From positions 952 through 64,951 of the forward strand of contig JBBSOC010000001.1 of the NCBI GenBank assembly GCA_038260095.1: 64,000 nucleotides of DNA. Direction: 5' to 3'. Of this stretch, positions 9,067 through 16,108 are shown piece after piece. The notes under the pieces are model-generated. The model was not told the origin of the DNA and made no database searches. It worked only from the letters and a program-made list of their open reading frames with translations. Numbering within the stretch: the first letter of the stretch is position 1; every line of letters starts with the position of its first letter. Both the position numbers and the translations under genes were made by a program. This DNA is from Mycobacteriales bacterium. GTDB taxonomy: Bacteria > Actinomycetota > Actinomycetes > Mycobacteriales > QHCE01.

Positions 9067-9543
9067 TTAAGAAAAGGCGAGCGTGGCGCGGCGGTAGTGG
9101 TGAGACAATGCAGACAAGCGGTGTGGGGGCCACAGATCCGCCTGCTCGCTCACGTTCAGGTCGCCGCTGCGGCGCAGCAGCCAGATTTGTTCGAGGTCCT
9201 TATGCAACACCGCGTCGCCAGGGACCCGGTCCAGCACGCTGGATACCAGCCGGATCATTTCATCCTGCTGGTCGGAGATCTCGCCCTCCTTGTCGAGACG
9301 GAAAACCACTGATACTGCCGGGGTGAACCCAAGATCGGTGATCACCGCGTTCCACGGCCGTGGTTTAGATTCATACACCCGAATCCAGGTGCCGAGCTCA
9401 GTCGCCGCTCCCTCGTTGAGTACTTGCTCGAGGGTGACCGACGCGTCGAACAGCCCGATGTTTTGGGCGGCGTCGTGCAGCTCCCGAGCCACATGCGCCG
9501 CAGGCAACGGCGTTGCCATGTCGAGATCGTAGGAGATGGCCAC
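9067..9543 (-). CDS. Immunity-type protein (SitI3-like by recollection)
   Basis: GTG 9543 preceded by GAGGAA. VAISYDLDMATP..GTWIRVYESKPRPWN..FRLDKEGEISDQQDEMIRLV..WLLRRSGDL. Family assignment is from memory and not verified. Confidence 0.5.
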   Translation of the reverse strand: MAISYDLDMATPLPAAHVARELHDAAQNIGLFDASVTLEQVLNEGAATELGTWIRVYESKPRPWNAVITDLGFTPAVSVVFRLDKEGEISDQQDEMIRLVSSVLDRVPGDAVLHKDLEQIWLLRRSGDLNVSEQADLWPPHRLSALSHHYRRATLAFS

Positions 9544-9559
9544 CTGAAATTCCTCGCTT

Positions 9560-9632
9560 GGTATGCAGAATGGGCAGTATGGACGGTAACGCTCACAATA
9601 TGCGTCCTTGACCGTGTCTCCGCGCACGTACC
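9560..9632 (+). repeat. ~72-bp repeat, copy 2 (partner at 3999-4072)
   Basis: Same-orientation copy lying just upstream (minus-strand sense) of the 9067-9543 gene. Confidence 0.8.
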
Positions 9633-10066
9633 TTTTGTTTGACCTGTCTCTCGAGCTGCCGGCACCGGCATGGCCCACTTGTCTTGGCTTGATCGGAAGC
9701 TTGTCCGCTTCCGATCGTGACTCTCCCCCGTGCTGCCGCGGCCAGTGACCTCTTCCCAGACCTGTACCGACCGCGTTCGCCCTGGATGAGAGGACAACCG
9801 CATGGTCATGCTGGCAGGGCAATACAACTACGTTATCGGGGCGACCCGACCGGGACACCATCGATCTGGCCACTGTGCCCCTAAGTACTGGGCTGGCATT
9901 GGCAAGGAGTTCGCTGTCGCGCGACCGGAGCCCACGAATATTTCGCCGAATCTGACCCACCCACGCCACAGCAGTTGTTCGTAGAGCGGATCTCGGCATG
10001 ACTCAGTGGGTCGTCCAGGTGCGGGTAAGGCCGCGGGTCGGGGTCAATTGTACTGAAGAACATCGC

Positions 10067-10573
10067 TTAATCGAGTGCGGCCAGCGAGGTCTCGTCGAGT
10101 TGGACGATCGGCTCGGGCTTCAGGTTCTCCTCGACCGTCCCGATTCGGATTCCGAGCGTGTCGACATCGATAATGCCGCTGCCCTCGGCGTAAAACCCCC
10201 CACCTCGCTCAAACATCACGAGCAATGGCTCGAATGGCAGGGGCGGTGCCTGCGGAAGATCTATCCCCACGTCGAGCAGCGCTGCAAAATGTAAAGCGCG
10301 GACACAGACTCTGGTAACCAGCGTCCCCTGAAGAGCTTTGCTCAAATTCGCCGCAACACGCTCAACGACTGCGGAATCAGCCCGAACGGTCGGGTTCACG
10401 GCGGCAGCGATATCAAAGAACGGCCACTGTTGCGACTTCGTGGCCTTTGCCCACCAGGCAGCTCGGCGAAGGTACTCCTTCATCAGATATCCGCGGGATC
10501 GTGTCTTGCCTGAGGGTGCGGACCAGTTGATAGAAAGGATCCGCTCGGTCAGGCCAGTCACATGATTAGCCAT
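10067..10573 (-). CDS. Hypothetical protein, immunity candidate by position
   Basis: 168-aa ORF starting 57 nt downstream of the Rhs-type toxin tip. Confidence 0.5.
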   Translation of the reverse strand: MANHVTGLTERILSINWSAPSGKTRSRGYLMKEYLRRAAWWAKATKSQQWPFFDIAAAVNPTVRADSAVVERVAANLSKALQGTLVTRVCVRALHFAALLDVGIDLPQAPPLPFEPLLVMFERGGGFYAEGSGIIDVDTLGIRIGTVEENLKPEPIVQLDETSLAALD

Positions 10574-10630
10574 CAGCTTCCTCCACCCAAGATTTACGAA
10601 TAGTGTCGTCCAGATTGGACAGGTCCGGTG

Positions 10631-11337
10631 CTATCTCCGTGATGCCCGGGTGATCCCGTCCCAGCGACTCCTGCCAGTGCCCGAACGGGTCCCGTTTGGG
10701 TCAACGAGCGGTGCGAGATCATGCGCTCCATGATGCTGCGGCGTCGAACGGAAGCCCAGTTCCGGGTCCCACGCGTCGGGGTGGATTGACCGGTAGGGAA
10801 TTCCGTTGTTCATGAGACTGCTCTCGACATACTCGTGCGCCATCAGCGGGTGAAACCGCTCCGCCTTTTCCGGTGTAAGCGTGCCGGCTTCCGCTTTAGG
10901 CCACAAGTCAACGAACTCAGAGTCTGGCGAGAAGTTCCCCCGCTGGGTTTGCCCAGGCCCAGTGGGAAGTTCATACTCGCGATTGAAGATGTGGTCTTTG
11001 ATCTGGTCCATTTTGCTCTGCGGGATACCGGTGTTCTCGGTTATCGCCAGATCGGCCGTAGATCGCCGTACCCACTTTCATCGAGGATCTCGGTAACATG
11101 CACGATATTAACGCGAACACTCATGTTAGCCCGTCCGAGTGCCATCTTGATCTGCCGAACTCGGCATGGAGTCAAACCGAGCGGACCTAGCCAGCCAACT
11201 GGGTTCGGTACATATGCATGCGAATTGGGTCCGCCATCGAGATGCAGCGGATCATTAGAGCGGTAACGGCCTGTTACCCGTAGTGGAATGGAGCGTGGGT
11301 GAGGATCTATGAACCGAGGGTTGCGGACGGTTTCCAA
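10631..11337 (-). pseudogene. Rhs/YD-family C-terminal core end plus toxin domain; 5'-truncated and frameshifted
   Basis: GRYRSNDPLHLDGGPNSHAYVPNPVGWLGPLGL matches the Rhs core-end motif (GRF.S.DP..N.Y.Y..NP....DP.GL). No YD repeats upstream. Frame changes near 11040 into a domain with HEYVE and HHGAHD motifs. Confidence 0.55.
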
Positions 11338-11853
11338 TGGGTTTTTCCGGTCGATGACGACGATTTTGAGACATTCTGTAGTTTCGACGGATCCTCCCGT
11401 GAGTCTACTTGGAGCCCTGTGAGAATGCGGCTGCTATTAGCTGACGACGAGGAGCGAACGCTAGAGAAATCAGACTTCCCTTGGCTTGGTGAACACGTAT
11501 TGATCTTGTCTTCCCGCGCTGTTGACGCCGTAGGGGGGCTGCTTCGAAACGACGGCGAGTTGCTGCCTCTAGCGTGCGACGAGCAAGAATTGTGGGTATT
11601 TAATCCTACGACCGTTGTTGATGCCCTGGATCAGAATCGATCTGAACTCAGACGATTCGATAGCGGCCGCATCATGGCAGTGTCGAATTATGTTTTTCGG
11701 GCCGAACTCGTAGGTGATGCCGTTGCATTTAAGGTGCCGGAACTTCATCGCGTCTCGACATTTGTGACCGAAAGATTCGTTGATGCGGTGAAGTCGGCCG
11801 GCTTGCGTGGGGTTGACTTTGAAATGCTGTGGGAATCATGCAGCGATTCCTAA
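11299..11853 (+). CDS. Imm11/DUF1629-like immunity-type protein
   Basis: 184 aa. C-terminal ..STFVTERFVDAVKSAGLRGVDFEML.. resembles the conserved Imm11 tail (recollection only). Confidence 0.45.
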   Translation: MRIYEPRVADGFQWVFPVDDDDFETFCSFDGSSRESTWSPVRMRLLLADDEERTLEKSDFPWLGEHVLILSSRAVDAVGGLLRNDGELLPLACDEQELWVFNPTTVVDALDQNRSELRRFDSGRIMAVSNYVFRAELVGDAVAFKVPELHRVSTFVTERFVDAVKSAGLRGVDFEMLWESCSDS

Positions 11854-12314
11854 ATGCACCTGTGGACTATTCACCGGCATTCACTGAACGAGTGAGTAAC
11901 GTGGCACAGAGCTTGTCTGCTGCGCTCGGCGTCCCGGTACGTCACAACACCGACATGAACTACAACCCCGGTCAACTGCTTGCTGTACACCTACTGCCCG
12001 ATGGCTCCGCCACCTCAGACGAGCGGGCAGCGTCGCATTCGGTGAGCGTCGCAGTATCCTCCCGAGGCCCACTGTGGGCAATGTTGGTCTTCCGTAAAGG
12101 AGACCGTGAACTGGAGTGGTTTCCCTCGACGGTTGGCGAGATTGAAGGCCAACGGGCCGACGAGGTTTTGACGACGATCGAGCGAACCCTGCACGCGGCG
12201 GGCTTCAAGCGGGTGCCAGACACAACATTGGAGGAATTGGTGCCGGGGCGGGTCACCGAACTCGATGGTGCTCCTGCCACAGTTCGTGACCTTCTCTTCT
12301 GCGAGGTATGTTGA
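11838..12314 (+). CDS. Hypothetical protein
   Basis: ORF overlapping the end of the preceding gene; ATG at 11838; no family recognised. Confidence 0.4.
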   Translation: MQRFLNAPVDYSPAFTERVSNVAQSLSAALGVPVRHNTDMNYNPGQLLAVHLLPDGSATSDERAASHSVSVAVSSRGPLWAMLVFRKGDRELEWFPSTVGEIEGQRADEVLTTIERTLHAAGFKRVPDTTLEELVPGRVTELDGAPATVRDLLFCEVC

Positions 12315-12596
12315 CCGCAAGAGTCTTTGTGTGGTGGGTAGGCAGGATGTTCGGCATGGCGATTTGGGGCGTGGCAATCTCGTCCAACTCGCCACGGTTT
12401 TCGCGCCCGAGTAATTGTAATTAGGCGGTGGGAACCATGGACAAGTGTACGCACGCCGGGATTGCTAGGGCACATAAATGTCATCGATCTCTGTTTCCAG
12501 TTGTCCACGACTGAACTTTCGCTCAGTCAATGACACAAGGGACTGCCCAGGGTTTGGTTGATACCTGACCTGTGAGGATTTGTCCTCGCTGGAAGG

Positions 12597-12893
12597 ATGT
12601 CGGCCATGCCGAAGCCCTACCCCCATGAGTTCCACGAGGATGTCGTGGCTGTTGCCCGCAAGGGTCAGGTTCCGTTGAAGCAGATCGCGAAGGACTTCGG
12701 GATCCCCGAGGGCTGTTTGTCGAACTGGATGAAGAAAGCCGACGTCGAGGACGGCAACCGTCCGGGCGTGACTGAGAAGGCCGCTGCTGAGCTACGCGAG
12801 CTGAAGAAGCGCAACCGGCTGCTAGAGCAGGAGAACGAGGTCCTGCGCCGCGCTGCGGCCTACCTGTCCCAGGCGAATCTGCCGGGAAAATAG
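12597..12893 (+). CDS. IS3-family transposase OrfA (HTH)
   Basis: 98 aa: ..PYPHEFHEDVVAVARKG..LKQIAKDFGI..LSNWMKKA..LRELKKRNRLLEQENEVLRRAAAYL. Ends at a GGGAAAATAG slippery-like site. Confidence 0.85.
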   Translation: MSAMPKPYPHEFHEDVVAVARKGQVPLKQIAKDFGIPEGCLSNWMKKADVEDGNRPGVTEKAAAELRELKKRNRLLEQENEVLRRAAAYLSQANLPGK

Positions 12894-12939
12894 TCTTCCC
12901 GCTCGTCGGTGAGATGGCCGCGACCGGTACCACATCAGG

Positions 12940-13798
12940 GTGCCGGTCGCGGTGGCGTGCAGGGTGCTGGGACTGACGACCCAGGGGTACTACAAGTGGC
13001 TCCAACAGCCCATCTCCCAGCGAGACTATGACGACACGCACCTGATCAACGCAGCCCTCGACATCCACGCCGAGGACCCCGGCTACGGGTACCGGTTCAT
13101 CGCTGATGGGCTCGCCCAGATGGGCATCGTGGCCTCTGAAAACCGGGTCTGGCGGCTGTGTTCGGCGCAGCGGATCTTCTCGGTCCATTCGAAGAAGCCG
13201 GAGCTGAACCGTAAGCCCGGCCCACCGGTGCACGATGACCTGCTCATGGTCCTGGACAAGCACGGCCAGACTGCTCGCCCGGGCCGCGACTTCACCGCCC
13301 AGACGCCGAACCTCAAGTGGTTAACCGACATCACCGAGCACCCCACCGGCGAGGCACCCTCTACCTCTGCGCGATCAAGGACTGCTACTCGAGTCAGATC
13401 GTGGGCTACTCCATCGACTCGAGGATGAAGTCCTCTCTCGCGGTATCGGCGATCTGCAACGCCATCGCGCTACGCGCGCCGCCGCCACGATCCTGCACTC
13501 CGACAGGGGCAGCCAGTTCCGCTCTAAGAAGGTCGTGCGACTACTCAAACACAACGGCCTGTTCGGCTCCATGGGCCGCGTCGGTGCCTGCGGCGACAAC
13601 GCCGCCATGGAGAGCTTCTTCTCGTTGCTGCAGAAGAACGTCCTGACCACCAAGAGGCGGAAGACCCGAGAGGAACTCCGCCTCGCGATCGTGGTCTGGA
13701 TCGAAACCAAGTACAACCGCCGACGCCGGTAACGCCGCCTGGGCAAGCTCACCCCGGTCGAGTTTGAGATGATCTACACGACCGCACACGCGGCCTAA
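12940..13798 (+). pseudogene. IS3-family transposase OrfB (DDE), multiple frameshifts
   Basis: The OrfB sequence (..CRVLGLTTQGYYKW..WLTDITEH..LYLCAIKD..HSDRGSQF..GSMGRVGACGDNAAMESFF..) is spread over three frames, beyond the one programmed -1 shift. Confidence 0.8.
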
Positions 13799-13841
13799 GA
13801 ACCACCCACCCCGAGTGTCAACCAAACCGGAGGCAGCCCCT

Positions 13842-13976
13842 GCCGGTTCTGCGGACACAAAAATTGTGTCCATGTTGCCGACTTCACCCCGCTGCGGTTC
13901 AGTACGCTATAGATAGCACGTCACTAGCCCCCGTAGCTCAGTGGATAGAGCACCAGACTTCTAATCTGATGGTCGC
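13842..13976 (+). repeat. Direct repeat copy 2 (abuts the IS3 right end)
   Basis: Matches 3807-3939; similarity ends at ..GATGGTCGC and then diverges into AT-rich sequence. Confidence 0.85.
13927..13976 (+). pseudogene. tRNA-Arg(TCT) 5' fragment (nt 1-50, lacks T-arm and acceptor 3' strand)
   Basis: Identical to 3890-3939 except for one T>C change in the acceptor stem. Confidence 0.85.
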
Positions 13977-14220
13977 AGCCGCTTTAAATCGACTAATAGC
14001 AGTACATACGTTATGTCTATGAGTCGGTGGTAAAGCTTGGGCACATTTTGGGCGCACATTATTTTCTACAGCTGGATTTCCATGATTCCCTAAAGCTGCA
14101 TAGGCAGCATTAGTTCGCCTCCACGCAACTAAGCTGTAGCAACCCCGAGGTCGGTCTACGTGAGGACGGGTGCGGTTCTATGCCGACGGTTCGATGCGGG
14201 TCGTCATGTTCTAATTGTAC

Positions 14221-14250
14221 GTATCGAGCTGATTGATTTCAGCTCGATAC
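14221..14250. terminator. 11-bp perfect hairpin downstream of hicA
   Basis: GTATCGAGCTG-(8 nt)-CAGCTCGATAC, 13 nt after the hicA stop. No clear U-tract on either strand. Confidence 0.4.
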
Positions 14251-14262
14251 GGCTGACCTGTG

Positions 14263-14490
14263 TTAGAGGAGTTCCTGGAGCTCTTCGCGGCTTATGCCAG
14301 CCGCGGTAAGGATGCTTTTAAGCGTTCCGATGGGAAGGTCTCGACGGTGCATTGGTACCGAGATCGGGTGTGCAAAATCGTGGTGCTGAAAAATGTGATG
14401 GCTTCCCGTGACCCGATCTAGGCTCCACCCCTTGCGCTCTAGGGCACGCACTACTTCCCTCGATGTCGCGGTAGGGAATTTAGGGCTCAA
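14263..14490 (-). CDS. hicA: HicA-family mRNA interferase toxin
   Basis: 75 aa: ..SREVVRALERKGWSLDRVTGSHHIFQH..PISVPMH..LPIGTLKSIL. TTG start overlaps the hicB stop (TTGA). Confidence 0.85.
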   Translation of the reverse strand: MSPKFPTATSREVVRALERKGWSLDRVTGSHHIFQHHDFAHPISVPMHRRDLPIGTLKSILTAAGISREELQELL

Positions 14491-14711
14491 GCCGCAATCT
14501 TAACTCGGTCATACTCGCGCCGGACTGGAGTTGGTAGAGACTGTTTATGGGCCGCCATGGATTCGAGGTAGCCCTGAATCGCTTCTTTTATCATTTCCAC
14601 GGCCTCTTCGTGAGTGCTGCCGTAGCTGATGCAGCCGGGCAAGCCAGGGACCGTAACCGTGTAGCCACCCTCGGGTTCGGGCTCCAGGATCACATCGAAC
14701 TCTCGCATCAC
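14487..14711 (-). CDS. hicB: HicB-family antitoxin (UPF0150 fold)
   Basis: 74 aa: ..FDVILEPEPEGGYTVTVPGLPGCISYGSTHEEAVEMIKEAIQGYLE.. Confidence 0.8.
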   Translation of the reverse strand: MMREFDVILEPEPEGGYTVTVPGLPGCISYGSTHEEAVEMIKEAIQGYLESMAAHKQSLPTPVRREYDRVKIAA

Positions 14712-14738
14712 ACATTCAGGCTACACGGTGTGTCAGAA

Positions 14739-14758
14739 TTTCCCCAATAAATTGGGGA
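14739..14758. promoter_or_regulatory. Perfect palindrome TTCCCCAAT-AA-ATTGGGGAA upstream of hicB (candidate operator)
   Basis: 9-bp arms, located 28-47 nt upstream of the hicB start. Confidence 0.45.
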
Positions 14759-15244
14759 AGTTTGACCTAGCTACTGTCTACACCTCTGGTGTCGAGTCTG
14801 GGGTTTACCCCGGCTGTGACGTTTCAAGCTGTGTTTGGTCTAGGAACGGCCCTAGATGACGATGGGGGCCAGCTTGGACAATTGGGTATGTAGCCTTCGA
14901 GGGTCGAGAGCTGAACACCAGTTGGCTGGTGGGTTGGGTAGTCCTTTGTGGGGTACCACCCTTTCCTTTCCAAAAGAAGGTAGCACCCGCACCCGCTGAA
15001 ACGATTCAAGCTATTTAGAGAAACGGCCGGGACGGCAGATTTTAGCGAGGCCATCCGTTGGCGCCACCGTGCTACCTCTCCGGCTGTTCGCTATAGGGGG
15101 AAAAACGAAGAAAATAAATCAGAAGCGTCTAAATGGTCGTCTTGCTGCTACAAGGGCGGATACGCTACTAGATAGAACGACTTTGCCCCCTGAGGATGGG
15201 TTTGCCGGTTGCGCCGCCCCGGTACCTAGATTTGGAGGTGCTCC

Positions 15245-16108
15245 TTGTGGGTGCACCTAGTCTCCCTGGCTTCCACTCAGCCCCTGCATGATCCCAGTGT
15301 TCGCACTATCACTCAGGCTTCGGCGCGGGTGGCTTACGTTGCGACGTGCTTGAGCCTGTGTTGGGGGGTGTTCGTCTCAACCGGCTGGACCTCTCGAATA
15401 ACCGGCCGGGCCGCCATGCGCAAGAGCCACGCCACTCTGGCGGTCCTCGCTATCGTCTTGGCTGGAATTCACGCCGCGATGTTCCTGTTTCTCGACAATC
15501 AAAATGTTCGTTTTCATCTGGCCACTGTCACCGTTCCTCTATTAAACGGCGGAAAATGGCGCTGGGCGTTGGGGATAGTGGGGCTTGAGACCATGATCGC
15601 GATCATGGTCTCCTCGGCATTGCAACGACTTTTCGTTTATCGTCGCTGGCTTCATGTGCATCGGCTCAGTTATCCCGCCGTCGCACTGGTCGTAGTGCAT
15701 GCCTGGTTGGGAGCTGCCGCCAACGGTCACTTAGCAACGTTATGGCTCGCCGGACTCACCGTGTTGGTGCCCACCGCAGTGGTGGTTATTCTGCGTTTTG
15801 TTCCCGCCAGCTTCCTGGCTACCGTGGGGCTATTGACCGAAGAACCTAATAGCCGCGGTAAGAAAGGGTCGGCTATTAGCCGTGGTCCTATATTGACTCG
15901 GACAGCTATGAAGATCAGTGTCGACAACCAGCGCTGCCACCTGTACGGAGTATGTCAAGCTGAAGCTCCGAACCTGTTCGAGCTGACCCCCGGCGGAAGG
16001 CTGCACTACGTCAGTCATGTAATCGACGAGCATACTGACCAAGCCAAAGCTGCAGCCCGAGCTTGTCCAATGCGTGCCATCCACCTGTCTGGAGAGCAGC
16101 CAGTATGA
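15245..16108 (+). CDS. Ferric-reductase-like multi-pass membrane domain fused to a C-terminal single-cluster ferredoxin
   Basis: About 5 hydrophobic helices with conserved-looking His (GIHAAMF, LHVHRL, VVVHAW). The C-terminal 65 aa carry CHLYGVC..ACPMRAI, typical of actinobacterial [3Fe-4S] ferredoxins. The start codon is uncertain. Confidence 0.6.
   Translation: MWVHLVSLASTQPLHDPSVRTITQASARVAYVATCLSLCWGVFVSTGWTSRITGRAAMRKSHATLAVLAIVLAGIHAAMFLFLDNQNVRFHLATVTVPLLNGGKWRWALGIVGLETMIAIMVSSALQRLFVYRRWLHVHRLSYPAVALVVVHAWLGAAANGHLATLWLAGLTVLVPTAVVVILRFVPASFLATVGLLTEEPNSRGKKGSAISRGPILTRTAMKISVDNQRCHLYGVCQAEAPNLFELTPGGRLHYVSHVIDEHTDQAKAAARACPMRAIHLSGEQPV

Larger units (their letters stand above)
12531..13841 (+). 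mobile_element. IS3-family insertion sequence, decayed
   Basis: Imperfect ~29-bp terminal inverted repeats (12535-12563 vs 13815-13843: GGGRCTGCC...GGTTTGGTTGAYAC). OrfA is intact and orfB is broken. Confidence 0.8.

Noticed and set aside
8734-9312. 192-aa plus-strand ORF
   Set aside because: It is antisense to two minus-strand genes with better codon bias (8724-8927 and 9067-9543) and has no recognisable features.
9544-9999. N-terminal 150 aa of the listed 310-aa ORF 9067-9999
   Set aside because: The Arg/Ser/Gly-rich part upstream of GTG 9543 has no SD context and overlaps the 72-bp repeat. The conserved-looking protein starts at VAISYDLD, which is preceded by GAGGAA.
12523-13263. 246-aa minus-strand ORF across the IS3 element
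   Set aside because: It is antisense to clearly recognisable IS3 orfA/orfB coding sequence, and its Arg/Pro/Gly-rich composition is typical of shadow ORFs in high-GC DNA.
14760-15244. ~480-bp ORF-poor region examined for tmRNA, RNase P RNA, SRP RNA or a riboswitch
   Set aside because: None of the hallmark motifs were seen (tRNA-like CCA end, GGAAAGUCCGG). Only short local stems are present. Left unassigned.
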